From a virus (taxonomy: Duplodnaviria > Caudoviricetes), in the IMG/VR virus record IMGVR_UViG_3300011116_001229: DNA of 64,000 nt; one strand, written 5' to 3'. A program made the position numbers and the translations under genes. This document shows, one piece after another, positions 34,844-44,936 of this stretch (positions within the stretch are counted from its first letter, which is position 1; each line of letters begins with the position of its first letter). The notes under the pieces were generated by a model that saw only the letters and a list, made by a program, of their open reading frames with translations, did no database searches and had not been told where the DNA came from.

Positions 34844-36022
34844 ATGGCAAATTTTAGCGATACAATAAGTCCAACACCGTTTGGTTTTTTTGATTCTGAC
34901 ACCGAATTTCAGACAGAGGCTGATAATATGGTCAACTTTGTCAAGAGAAAGCTGGGTGATGACGTATTGTCTGTTGAGCTTACCAAGAAAGAAATTTGGG
35001 CATGCTTTGAAGAAGCGTGCTGTGAATATTCTAAGCATATTCACGAGATGAAAATAATGTCTGAATTATCAAACATTTTAGGAATGCCGACAGGATCTAC
35101 AGACTTAACAAATAAGTACACAAGAAACACTTTAGAATTCCTATTAAGAATGTCCGATGCATATGCATCAGAAGCTTACGTCGGAGGATCATACAATGCT
35201 CAGCTAGGATATTTTGACATTCAGGCTGATAGACAAGACTATGACATCTACGCGGATCTAAAAGATGCAGTTACAAATCAAGTAATATATCAGACGATAC
35301 CCAGTGGCTCAAAAGGTAAGCTAAAAATTGTAGAGTTATTTCACTTTGAACCAATCGCAGCTCAGCACTTTTTGCTCAATGCATCTAATATCACAAATTA
35401 CCTTGCAACAAATTTTAACTACGAGTCGTACATCAACTCTACGGTTTTTTACGTATTACCAGTCTTTGAAGATGTGCTTAGAAGAGGCATGCTAGAAACT
35501 GCATTTAGAGTGAGAAGATCACAATACAGCTATCAAATACTTGGAAGCAAACTGAGGCTCTTTCCAATACCAGTCCTTGAGTCACAGATTGGTAGAGTTT
35601 ATTGTAAAGTCATGGAAGGAAAAAATCCACTAAATCCTACAGCATACACAGACGATAGAATCTATGGCGTCTCAGGACCTGAGAATGCGCCATACAGCAA
35701 TATACCCTTTAAGAATGTAACACAACCAGGAAGACAGTGGATACGTCAATATACGCTTGCGCTATCAAGAGAACTTCTTGGTCTAATTCGTTCTAAGTTC
35801 CAAAGTATCCCAATACCTAACGCTGATCTACAATTAAATGGAGAGAGCTTGGTTTCTACGGGTCGAGAAGACAAAGATAAGCTCGTGACTCAATTAAAAG
35901 AATTTTTATCTAATTTAACTAGATCAAAATTGCTTGAAGTAGATGCTCTTGCTGCCGAGAACATGAATAAGAATTTACGGTATATACCGATGCCGCTAGG
36001 AAAATCAATCGTTATAGGTTGA
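34844..36022 (+). CDS. Neck protein (T4 gp13-like)
   Basis: FVKRKLG...VELT...EACCEY; WIRQYTLALSRELLG.IRSKF..IP.P....LNG; position before gp14/gp15-like genes. Confidence 0.75.
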   Translation: MANFSDTISPTPFGFFDSDTEFQTEADNMVNFVKRKLGDDVLSVELTKKEIWACFEEACCEYSKHIHEMKIMSELSNILGMPTGSTDLTNKYTRNTLEFLLRMSDAYASEAYVGGSYNAQLGYFDIQADRQDYDIYADLKDAVTNQVIYQTIPSGSKGKLKIVELFHFEPIAAQHFLLNASNITNYLATNFNYESYINSTVFYVLPVFEDVLRRGMLETAFRVRRSQYSYQILGSKLRLFPIPVLESQIGRVYCKVMEGKNPLNPTAYTDDRIYGVSGPENAPYSNIPFKNVTQPGRQWIRQYTLALSRELLGLIRSKFQSIPIPNADLQLNGESLVSTGREDKDKLVTQLKEFLSNLTRSKLLEVDALAAENMNKNLRYIPMPLGKSIVIG

Positions 36023-36034
36023 TGAAGGAATATA

Positions 36035-36676
36035 ATGGCCCGATTATTTATAACACAGAGAGAGCTAAGCTTCATCTCCGACATCACAAAGGAGATTGTT
36101 AAGGACGTTGTAGGCCAGAAGATATACTACTACCCTATTTCAGAGAAAAAAACCAAGTCTCATCCAATCTATAATGAAGCTTTAAAAAAATTCTATGACA
36201 ATCCAATTGAGATAGAGTGTTTTGTCGATTCTAATTTCCAGCAATCAACCAAGATAGATAAGTTTGGAATTGATAAGCAGTTTATGTTAGAAGTTTTTAT
36301 TCAGTATAGAGATCTAGTTGACAAAGGAATCAATGTTAACATAGGCGACTTTTTCTCTTTTGATGAGATCTTCTATGAAATAACTGAAGCCATGATTTCA
36401 AGAAACATCTATGGCTTACCAGAGCACAAGAATGGAATTAAGCTAATTGGGACCAAGTCGCGCGAAGGTCTATTCAGAGCCCCGTTCAAAGGGCCAACTG
36501 ATATATCTCACACAGATGATGATGCAGTTCAAGTTAATTTTGAACAGCAGAGAGGTAATTCTTTGGATTCTGCAGGTAATCCTACTGGTGACAAGAGAGA
36601 CCTTCGCGACAATGGCGTTCTTGAACCCCCTATTGATGGAATTCGAAAAATTAAGACATCTTTCTACGATGAGTGA
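36035..36676 (+). CDS. Neck/head-closure protein (T4 gp14-like)
   Basis: EIVKDVVGQKIYYYP...IYNE...FGID...NIGDFF..DEIFYEI; synteny. Confidence 0.65.
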   Translation: MARLFITQRELSFISDITKEIVKDVVGQKIYYYPISEKKTKSHPIYNEALKKFYDNPIEIECFVDSNFQQSTKIDKFGIDKQFMLEVFIQYRDLVDKGINVNIGDFFSFDEIFYEITEAMISRNIYGLPEHKNGIKLIGTKSREGLFRAPFKGPTDISHTDDDAVQVNFEQQRGNSLDSAGNPTGDKRDLRDNGVLEPPIDGIRKIKTSFYDE

Positions 36677-37932
36677 AAACTATTATGCCAACTAGGTTTA
36701 AGACGCAAAGTAAAAAAAATTATGGGATTACACCCATCAAGTCAGGTTATGAAAAGACAAGTGGAACACCCGACTTTTATATTAATTCTTGTGGCTTAGA
36801 AGATGTAGATACAGCAATCTTTAATTTATTCGACAAAGAGATCGCTCCTCAAGTTGGTAAAGACGAGACAAACCTGCTTAAAGTCCCAGTGATTTTTGCA
36901 GCAGGTGAAAAATGGTCTATGCTTAAGAAAGGACGACCGGTCAGGGATCAGACAGGTAGTTTAATACTACCGCTAATAACTATAATGAGAACTGATATCA
37001 CGCAGGATATGGCAGCTGATATCATTGGTCGGGGCATTAATCAACAGCAAGGCGAGATTGTAATCAGAAGAAGACTAGATAAATCCGATAGAGACTATCA
37101 AAACTTAGTAAATAGATTATTCTTAAAGAATCAAGTTAATCTTGCAGTAAACACAACAGACTCAGTCGTCAATGACCAAATAACCGTAGAGAGACAGCTG
37201 GGAGATAGAACTCAAGACAAAGACATTGTTGATGGCGCTTATCTCAAGCCAAATCTGTTAAATAATGTTTTCGAGACAATAGTCGTTCCAGCCCCTCAAT
37301 TTTACTCTGTTAAGTACCAGGTCACTGTGTGGACACAGTACATGCAACATTCAAATCAAGTCATAGAAAAATTTATCTCTTCTTTTTTGCCTCAAAGCCA
37401 GTCATGGCGTCTTGATACTCAAAAAGGATATTGGTTTGTCGCAACAGTTGAGGGAGGCGCATATTCATCAGAGTCAAGCTTTGAAGACATGTCAACAACA
37501 GAGAGATTTATTAAACATAACTTTGTAGTAAATGTGCCCGCTTATTTCTTTGCAACACAAACACCAGGATCGCCGGTTCCGCTAAAGCGCTACGTTTCTT
37601 CTCCCACAATTCAATTTAAAAATCTTTCTATGGAAGACGACGTTTTAACAACTGAGACACCTAGCAACAAATATCTTTTAGGCTCAGATGATCCTACGTT
37701 GCCGCTTGATGATCAAAAAAACTCGCTTGATGACCAAAGAAATGTAGGCTGGAGACAGCAAAAAGTTTCGCCCTTTATAAAGCAGCATGATCCAAATAAC
37801 CCTGCCGGAGGTGATTCTAATGATCCTGCTTACACTACTAACCCAAGAGGTTACAGATTTTTAAAAGTAAAGTCTAAAAATGCGAAAGGAGAGACAACTT
37901 ACACAGGTTACAGCTTAGACGATATAGAATGA
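36673..37932 (+). CDS. Tail terminator / sheath stabiliser (T4 gp15-like)
   Basis: VPVIFAAGEKW...LPLITI...P.FYSVKYQVTVWTQYMQHSNQVIE; synteny before the sheath genes. Confidence 0.65.
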   Translation: MKTIMPTRFKTQSKKNYGITPIKSGYEKTSGTPDFYINSCGLEDVDTAIFNLFDKEIAPQVGKDETNLLKVPVIFAAGEKWSMLKKGRPVRDQTGSLILPLITIMRTDITQDMAADIIGRGINQQQGEIVIRRRLDKSDRDYQNLVNRLFLKNQVNLAVNTTDSVVNDQITVERQLGDRTQDKDIVDGAYLKPNLLNNVFETIVVPAPQFYSVKYQVTVWTQYMQHSNQVIEKFISSFLPQSQSWRLDTQKGYWFVATVEGGAYSSESSFEDMSTTERFIKHNFVVNVPAYFFATQTPGSPVPLKRYVSSPTIQFKNLSMEDDVLTTETPSNKYLLGSDDPTLPLDDQKNSLDDQRNVGWRQQKVSPFIKQHDPNNPAGGDSNDPAYTTNPRGYRFLKVKSKNAKGETTYTGYSLDDIE

Positions 37933-37962
37933 ATTTTCTTTTTATTAGTGAATTTTAGGACG

Positions 37963-37969
37963 ATAATTA
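37963..37969 (+). promoter_or_regulatory. ATA-N-TTA candidate phage late promoter element
   Basis: ATAATTA 29 nt upstream of sheath 1. Confidence 0.45.
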
Positions 37970-37998
37970 TTGATCGGTAAATGTTAAGGAGATAGTCC

Positions 37999-40900
37999 AT
38001 GTCAGAGCAGACTTTTAAGTCGCCAAATTTTTATGAGCGCGAGATAGATCTTTCAGCACCAGCAGTTACAGGTCCAACAGGCGTACCTGCATTGATCATT
38101 GGCACTGCAAATAAAGGTCCGGCATTTGTTCCGGTAACAGTTGCTAACTTCAATGAATACGTTGAGGTATTCGGTAACTTAGACCCAGACAAATTTGGGC
38201 CATATGCTGCCAATGAGTTCTTAAAGAATAGATCGTCTCTCTCTTATATTAGAGTCTTGGGAGCCGGAGCTAATTCAACATCTGCGCACATAACGAGTAC
38301 AGCAACTTATGGTGTTGTTGAAAAGGCAGGATTTGTATTAGCAGGAACTGCAACAACCGATAATAGACACGCGGGTGCAGTTCAATTCCTTGTTGCTAGA
38401 CATGACATAGGAACTTATGAAGGTGCAGCCGCTCCGATGTTCTCTGACAACGACACGTTCGCAGGTTCATCCTATGTCAATCTAGTACGCGGTCTCATCA
38501 TGACCCCTAACACATCTAGAATCATGGTCACTGCTTCTCACGGAAGCATTGCAGCATCTTCTTTTGCAGTTGCGACAGCAATTAACGATGATGCTGATCT
38601 TATATCTGGTAAGTTTAAGCTTATTATTTCTTCTTCGCTGGGTGCAGATTTTGCCGTGACAGACGGTGTCACGGGCGTCAAGGTTTTGACAGCATCGTTT
38701 GATCCATCCGACAGCGATTACGTTGGCAAGATTCTCAATAGAGATCCTGACAAGTTTTACCAAGAGCAACATTATCTACATGCCGATTTCGCAGTTGATA
38801 AATCAATTGTATTCGCAAGCGGTAGCGCTCAAAGCAGAGTCGGTATTCTTTCTGGTTCAGCGAATACTTCAACCGCAGGTGATTCTTCTAAATCATTCCG
38901 CGAAGTCTTTGGATCTTATAATACACGCTTCACTGCACCAAAAACAACAACCTTCATCTCTCAGCCGTTCGGTAAGACTGAATACGACTTATTCCATTTC
39001 GAAGCAATTGACGATGGAGAGTACGCAAATCAGCTTTACAAGATCTCAATCTCAAATTTAAAGGCATCAGCAAATGATGCTGATCGCTATGGTACATTCA
39101 CAATTCAAGTTAGAAGCTGGGATGATACTGACCAAAATCCACAAGTCATTGAGCAATTCTCAAACTGCTCATTAAATCCCGACTCTCCAAACTACGTTGC
39201 CAAGCTAATCGGCGATAGAAAAGTACAGTACAACTTTGACTCTGTTCTGCCCGGAGAACGTCGTTTAATTGCAACTGGCAAATACGCAAATCGTTCAAGA
39301 TACGTCAGAATTATAATGAATTCGCTGGTTGACAATAAGGAAGTCCCAGAGAACAGCTTACCGTTTGGATTTAAGGGTGTTCATGCACTTAATATAAATC
39401 CCAACCTCGTTTCATCTACAGCTTTAAGTTCTGCAAATGCACGCCTGGGAGGAAAGCTCAGTACTTCATTTGCCAATCTTTCATCTTCATACGTTCCTCC
39501 TGTTCCAATGAGATTTAAGGTGACAAGAGGCGAGATGCCGACAAGCCCCTCGTTCATTGGAGCACCGGGCAATTCAGAAGTTACAGTGCCAGGTCTCTAC
39601 TGGGGTGTTAAGTTCGAGAGAGATAGCACATCATCTTCACCTACAGGTACTTCTCTTCTCAATCCGAATGTTGTTCAAGAAAAGAACGAACTTCTTGCAT
39701 CACTCACTAAGTTCGTGGGTATCGAGAAGCTTGATTCTCTTGTGACAGGTTCTAATGCTGATTCACTCAATAATAATAAGTTCTCACTGTCAAAGGTCGT
39801 TCTTTACAATGATTCAATCGGCGACTTAACTAGCTCTATCAACTCACACATGAAAGAAGCAGCTTATATTAGAAATGCTGCACTTGACAACACAAAGTAC
39901 ACTTACTCTGAAGGCGGCCGCAATAGAATGTCACTCGCGACAATTCTGGCATCAGGATCTGCGTCTGACTTTAACAAGTTCTCTGCCTTTGCTAAGTTCA
40001 CAAACTTCATGTATGGTGGATTCGACGGTACTAATTTCTTAGAGAGAAATGCTCGAAGGCTTAATGATAAGTCAGTATCTTTCGACGTCGGGGGTGGTGC
40101 TTCTACGACCAACACAATTTCTGGATTCTCAACTAATCCATCGGGTCAAGATGTCAACAACAATGGTGTTGCTTCTTACTTAGCAGCTGTTAATATTGGC
40201 ACAGATCCTCTAGTTGCAAATAATAATATACTTGCAATACCTGGAATCAGAGAGCCTTACATCAATGACAATGCCATGGCAAAAGTCAAGGATTACGGTC
40301 TTGCAATTCATGTTATGGACATACCGTCTTATGATGATAGCGGCAATAGACTGTACGATGACTCTACGGCTAAGCCAAACATCAATTATGTTTGCAATGA
40401 ACTTGACGCAAGAAGCATAGACAACAACTATGTTGCCACATACTTCCCGGACGTCTACATTGATGATGAAACCAATAGAAGAAGAGTCAAAGTACCTGCA
40501 TCAGTCGCAGCTCTTGGTGCTCTCGGATTTAACGACAGAGTGTCTTACCCATGGTTTGCACCCGCAGGCTTCAACCGAGCCGCCTTAGACTTTGTCACAA
40601 ACGTTGCAGTTCGTCTAAACGTCTCTGACAGAGATAGACTTTATGAGTCAAGAATCAACCCCATAGCGACATTCCCAAGATTGGGATTCGTTGTCTACGG
40701 TCAGAAGACTCTACAGATCAACAAGTCTGCTCTTGACAGAGTAAATGTTCGTAGACTCATGCTTGAGATAAAGCGTGTGATTATTGACATCGCGAAGAGA
40801 ATTGTCTTCGAGCAAAATACACCAGCAGTTAGAAATAAATTCGTGGCAGATACCTCATTCCAGCTTGGTCTCATCCAAGTTCAAGCAGGCATTGAAGGTT

Positions 40901-41049
40901 TCCAGGTTGTCATGAACGAAACAAACAACACACAAGAAGATGTTGATCTTAACAGACTCAATGGAAGAATAGTCGTTGTTCCAACAAGAGTTGTTGAATT
41001 CATCGCAATCGACTTTATCGTCACAAATAGTGGGGTTCAGTTCGTGTGA
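37999..41049 (+). CDS. Tail sheath protein 1 (gp18-like)
   Basis: SPNFYEREID, IIGTANKGPAFVP, WFAPAGFNR, RINPI, GQKTL, LDRVNVRRL, EFIAIDF; AAGGAG RBS. Confidence 0.92.
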   Translation: MSEQTFKSPNFYEREIDLSAPAVTGPTGVPALIIGTANKGPAFVPVTVANFNEYVEVFGNLDPDKFGPYAANEFLKNRSSLSYIRVLGAGANSTSAHITSTATYGVVEKAGFVLAGTATTDNRHAGAVQFLVARHDIGTYEGAAAPMFSDNDTFAGSSYVNLVRGLIMTPNTSRIMVTASHGSIAASSFAVATAINDDADLISGKFKLIISSSLGADFAVTDGVTGVKVLTASFDPSDSDYVGKILNRDPDKFYQEQHYLHADFAVDKSIVFASGSAQSRVGILSGSANTSTAGDSSKSFREVFGSYNTRFTAPKTTTFISQPFGKTEYDLFHFEAIDDGEYANQLYKISISNLKASANDADRYGTFTIQVRSWDDTDQNPQVIEQFSNCSLNPDSPNYVAKLIGDRKVQYNFDSVLPGERRLIATGKYANRSRYVRIIMNSLVDNKEVPENSLPFGFKGVHALNINPNLVSSTALSSANARLGGKLSTSFANLSSSYVPPVPMRFKVTRGEMPTSPSFIGAPGNSEVTVPGLYWGVKFERDSTSSSPTGTSLLNPNVVQEKNELLASLTKFVGIEKLDSLVTGSNADSLNNNKFSLSKVVLYNDSIGDLTSSINSHMKEAAYIRNAALDNTKYTYSEGGRNRMSLATILASGSASDFNKFSAFAKFTNFMYGGFDGTNFLERNARRLNDKSVSFDVGGGASTTNTISGFSTNPSGQDVNNNGVASYLAAVNIGTDPLVANNNILAIPGIREPYINDNAMAKVKDYGLAIHVMDIPSYDDSGNRLYDDSTAKPNINYVCNELDARSIDNNYVATYFPDVYIDDETNRRRVKVPASVAALGALGFNDRVSYPWFAPAGFNRAALDFVTNVAVRLNVSDRDRLYESRINPIATFPRLGFVVYGQKTLQINKSALDRVNVRRLMLEIKRVIIDIAKRIVFEQNTPAVRNKFVADTSFQLGLIQVQAGIEGFQVVMNETNNTQEDVDLNRLNGRIVVVPTRVVEFIAIDFIVTNSGVQFV

Positions 41050-41065
41050 AATTGAGTCTTAAGTA

Positions 41066-41072
41066 ATAGTTA
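41066..41072 (+). promoter_or_regulatory. ATA-N-TTA candidate phage late promoter element
   Basis: ATAGTTA 24 nt upstream of sheath 2. Confidence 0.45.
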
Positions 41073-41096
41073 GCTAGTAGTAATTGGAGAGCTTAA

Positions 41097-44000
41097 ATGG
41101 CAAAACTAAAGTTTGGAAGCGCAGGCGTAACAGCTAGAGAGATTGACCTCACGGGGCCAACTACACAGGAACCGATTGGTATTCCTGCTGGCATTATTGG
41201 AACGTCACTAAAAGGTCCGGCATTCGTACCAGTGACAGTAGGCAATCTATCAGATTGGACTGCTAAGTTTGGTGAAACAGATGGAAAGAAATTTGGTCCA
41301 CTGGCAGTTCGTGAATGGCTTAGAAATGCACAGGCAGTCACTTACTTAAGAGTTTTAGGTGTTGGTGACGGAAAGAAGAGAAATGCTGCAGGTGACGTCA
41401 CAAGCGCAGGTTTCACAGTAGGTGAGCAGCAACCCAGTGATCAAGCATCAAACTTAGATGCACTTGGTGCCAATGCTTATGCAAATGCAGGTGGACCTCC
41501 AGGAAGAACTTACTTCTTAGGATGTTTCATGTCAGAGTCTGCCGGTTCAAAGCTATTTAGCGAGGCTGGCATACAGACTTCTACAACAGCCATTCCAATC
41601 ATTAGAGGCGTACTCATGGCACCAAGCGGTGTCATAATGAGACTGTCTTCTTCGATTCCAGGATCTGGACTTTCTTCTGATGGTCCTTCTGCGGCGCTTG
41701 TTGCAACAGAAACAAATTCTGCAGGAACTTCTTTGGGAACTGTTGTTCTTTCACAGAACAGCACGGCCAAGCAAGAATTTGTTTTAATTCTTAATGGACA
41801 CAAAGGATCTGATGCATCTTATCCTAACGTAATTACCGCATCATTTGATGTGAATTCAAACAATTACTTCTACGATGTCTTTAACACAGACCCACTTAAG
41901 CTTCAAAAGGCAGGCCATTATCTTTACGCTCACTGGGATATTCATGGTTCACTTGCTGTTTTGACAGGCTCAGGCGTTATTAATGCTGCATCAGGTTCAG
42001 GACCAATTGGTGGTTATGAACCATCAGCATTTATCATATCTGGTTCAACAGCTAGAAACGTGGGCAGCACAACCGTTCCTAACTACGAAAACTTCAGAGA
42101 TAGGTTCGCTCACGCAGTCACTCCTTGGTTTATATCGCAGAAATTCGGCGGTGAGGCAGTTAATCTCTTTAAATTCCATGCTCTTGATGATGGAAGCTCT
42201 GTTGCTGACAAGATTAAGATTTCGATTGAGAACATTAACAAGTCAAATGATCCTCTTAATAAGTACGGTACATTTGATGTGATGCTACGTCTCTGGGATG
42301 ATAGAGATCTCGACAAGAAGGTTCTAGTGAACGAGAAATTCACAGGCGTCACACTTGATCCTTCGTCTGACAGATACATTGCAAAGGTCATTGGTGATCT
42401 TCATGCTTACTACGACTTTGACAGAGAACTTTCTTCACAGAAGCTTGTTATCGAGGGCAACTACTCAAACAAGTCTAACTACGTTCGCGTAGAAGTCAAT
42501 CCTGACATTGAGAACGGTTTTGTCGATCCACTCGCATTGCCGATGGGCTTCAGAGGCGTTGACCACTTGGTTACATCTGGTTCAGCACCGCTCTCTACAG
42601 TGACTCCAAAGGCCGTGGCGGACATTATGTCACAGGTCTACAGTGTAGGAACTGGAAGCTACCTCAAGAACTCAGTCACACCTCCGCTACCATTTAGAGC
42701 CAAGATAACAACAGGTGAAGAATGGTCAGTCAAGGAACAAGTTGAGAAGGGATTCTACTGGGGCGTTCAATTCGAGCATCCTGAGACGCTCGTTAAGAGA
42801 AATGGATCTGTTCTAAAGAACAAGAGCATTGAGTCTTTTGCGAAGTACTTCCCACAATTCGTTGTGGGCGAGGCAAAATTCGTGACAGGCAGCAACGTGG
42901 GTCAAGCTGACACTGCAGCCAACGGTATACTCGACTCAGACAGATTCTGTAATAACGTGTTCACTCTGGAGAACATTCAGGTGGTGACAGGTTCAACAGG
43001 AAATGCTGATCCTGAGAAGTGGTCAAAGGCAGTCTACGTGAGAAGCGGCGCTCCTACAGGCGGCGGTTACCTCTCTGACAGCATCGGTGCTACTGACTCT
43101 GCCAAGACAAGACCCTTTAAGGTTGACGATCTTGCAGACAACAAGCGTTATGCTAAGTTCACAGCAATCATGCAGGGTGGCTTCAATGGTGTCAATATCT
43201 TCGACGAGAATGAGTCTGAGATTACAAACCTTGCAGTCGTCGCTGACATGACATCAGGACTCGGTCGCGGCTTGAATGAAGGACCCAGCGTCTCCTCATA
43301 CCTCAAGGCTCTCGAGATCATGAAGAACACAGTCAACGTGGATATTCAGCTTCTCGCAATCCCTGGCATTAGAGAGCCGCTCGTCACTGACACGGCAATT
43401 CAAGCCACTGAGGAGAGATTCGACGCGCTGTTCATCATGGACATCGAACATCAAGATGAAAATGGCGACAACGTGAGAGACGAGAATGATCAACCCTCAG
43501 TGACGAACTCAATCACCACCTTTAGAGATCGCTCTGTGGACAGCTCCTTCGCTGCAGCTTACTTCCCAGACGTTCTCTACAGTGATCCGAAGGGCATCAA
43601 CCTCTTCGTGCCACCGTCGGTCGTGGTTCTCGGAGCTCTCTCTCTCAACGACGCTGTGGGTCATCCCTGGTTCGCCCCGGCCGGTTTCACACGCGGTGCT
43701 CTACCGCAAGATGCTCTTGAAGCACGCGTGAAGCTTAGCCAGAACGATCTAGATTCCCTCTATGACAACAGCATCAATCCTCTGGTCGCTTTCCCGGGTG
43801 CGCCAAGAAGCGGAACCAATCCCGCTTCAGGGCTCGTGGTCTGGGGCCAGAAGACACTGCAAGTCGCTGCTTCGGCACTCGACAGAGTCAACGTGAGAAG
43901 ACTCCTCATCGAGATCCGTCGTCAGGTGAGAGACATCGCTCAGACCATCATCTTCGAGCCCAACCGAGAAGCAACACTCGCTCGTTTCTCTGCAGCGGTC

Positions 44001-44189
44001 ACACCCCGTCTCCAGAGAATTCAGGCACTCGCAGGACTCGAGAGATTCAAGGTGGTCATCGATTCATCTACAACGACTCAGGACGACATCCTCAACAACA
44101 CACTCCGCGGAAAGATCTTCGTGCAACCCACGAAGAGCATCGAGTTCGTCAGCCTCGACTTCGTGGTGTCCAACAACATTCAGTCCTGA
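41097..44189 (+). CDS. Tail sheath protein 2 (gp18-like)
   Basis: SAGVTAREID, KGPAFVP, WFAPAGFTRG, WGQKTL, LDRVNVRRL, IEFVSLDF. Confidence 0.92.
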   Translation: MAKLKFGSAGVTAREIDLTGPTTQEPIGIPAGIIGTSLKGPAFVPVTVGNLSDWTAKFGETDGKKFGPLAVREWLRNAQAVTYLRVLGVGDGKKRNAAGDVTSAGFTVGEQQPSDQASNLDALGANAYANAGGPPGRTYFLGCFMSESAGSKLFSEAGIQTSTTAIPIIRGVLMAPSGVIMRLSSSIPGSGLSSDGPSAALVATETNSAGTSLGTVVLSQNSTAKQEFVLILNGHKGSDASYPNVITASFDVNSNNYFYDVFNTDPLKLQKAGHYLYAHWDIHGSLAVLTGSGVINAASGSGPIGGYEPSAFIISGSTARNVGSTTVPNYENFRDRFAHAVTPWFISQKFGGEAVNLFKFHALDDGSSVADKIKISIENINKSNDPLNKYGTFDVMLRLWDDRDLDKKVLVNEKFTGVTLDPSSDRYIAKVIGDLHAYYDFDRELSSQKLVIEGNYSNKSNYVRVEVNPDIENGFVDPLALPMGFRGVDHLVTSGSAPLSTVTPKAVADIMSQVYSVGTGSYLKNSVTPPLPFRAKITTGEEWSVKEQVEKGFYWGVQFEHPETLVKRNGSVLKNKSIESFAKYFPQFVVGEAKFVTGSNVGQADTAANGILDSDRFCNNVFTLENIQVVTGSTGNADPEKWSKAVYVRSGAPTGGGYLSDSIGATDSAKTRPFKVDDLADNKRYAKFTAIMQGGFNGVNIFDENESEITNLAVVADMTSGLGRGLNEGPSVSSYLKALEIMKNTVNVDIQLLAIPGIREPLVTDTAIQATEERFDALFIMDIEHQDENGDNVRDENDQPSVTNSITTFRDRSVDSSFAAAYFPDVLYSDPKGINLFVPPSVVVLGALSLNDAVGHPWFAPAGFTRGALPQDALEARVKLSQNDLDSLYDNSINPLVAFPGAPRSGTNPASGLVVWGQKTLQVAASALDRVNVRRLLIEIRRQVRDIAQTIIFEPNREATLARFSAAVTPRLQRIQALAGLERFKVVIDSSTTTQDDILNNTLRGKIFVQPTKSIEFVSLDFVVSNNIQS

Positions 44190-44203
44190 CGCTAGGTTAA
44201 GGA

Positions 44204-44281
44204 GGAAGCTGCCAGAATATTATGCGATTAATTAGAATTGGTATAAACACCCTGATTAATTCCAATATCTTGGCAGCTTTC
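44204..44281 (+). other. Long imperfect RNA hairpin between sheath 2 and tail tube
   Basis: aagctgcca (44206-14) pairs tggcagctt (44271-79), extended by atatt/aatat; inner attaattag (44227-35) pairs ctgattaat (44252-60). Confidence 0.65.
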
Positions 44282-44341
44282 TGTGAGACCTCAGACATCT
44301 AACACAAACTCAAATTGTAGTAATATTTTTGAAATTCACAC

Positions 44342-44348
44342 ATACTTA
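44342..44348 (+). promoter_or_regulatory. ATA-N-TTA candidate phage late promoter element
   Basis: ATACTTA 27 nt upstream of the tail tube ATG. Confidence 0.45.
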
Positions 44349-44375
44349 GAAAAGGCGATATAGGAGAAAAGAAAC

Positions 44376-44867
44376 ATGGCCGCTGAAACATTAGACGTAT
44401 CATCGATGCTTCCCGCGAAGTTCGAGCCAAAGCGTAAGAACCGCTGGGTCCTTATGATTGAGGGTATCGACGCTTACATCATCAAGACAACTGCAAGACC
44501 CACAATCACAACGGAAGAAGTTGAAGTTCCCTTCATCAACAGCCGACGTTACCTTGCAGGCAAGACATCTTTCGGAACCATGGCAGTGACACTGCACGAT
44601 CCCATCGCTCCCTCCGGCGCTCAGCAGGTCATGGAGTGGGTTCGTACACACTTCGAATCGGTCTCCGGTCGCTCCGGTTACGCTGACTTCTACAAGCGTG
44701 ACATCCAACTCAAGCTCCTCGATCCCGTTGGAACAGTGGTCGAGCTCTGGGACATCAAGGGCGCCTTCATCACCGAAGCAAACTTCGGCGAAGTCACCTA
44801 CGAAGACGGCGGCCCAATGGAAATCTCAATGACACTTCGCTTTGATAACTGCGTGCTGCAATTCTAG
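44376..44867 (+). CDS. Tail tube protein (T4 gp19-like)
   Basis: FEPKRKNRW, RPTIT.EEVEVPFIN..RYLAGK, QQVMEW, YKRDIQL.LLDPVG.VVELW.IKGAF, LRFD; AGGAG RBS. Confidence 0.9.
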   Translation: MAAETLDVSSMLPAKFEPKRKNRWVLMIEGIDAYIIKTTARPTITTEEVEVPFINSRRYLAGKTSFGTMAVTLHDPIAPSGAQQVMEWVRTHFESVSGRSGYADFYKRDIQLKLLDPVGTVVELWDIKGAFITEANFGEVTYEDGGPMEISMTLRFDNCVLQF

Positions 44868-44898
44868 TAAAAGTCCTTTACCAAAACGCTTGGTGAGG

Positions 44899-44936
44899 TA
44901 TAATTACCTCCGTGGCTCAATGCTGCGGAGGTTTTT
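44899..44936 (+). promoter_or_regulatory. Promoter overlapping a terminator/RBS-sequestering hairpin
   Basis: TATAAT 44899-44904 and ATAATTA 44900-44906; hairpin acctccgtggc-tcaat-gctgcggaggt (44906-44932) then TTTT; GGAGGT RBS in the 3' arm. Confidence 0.7.
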
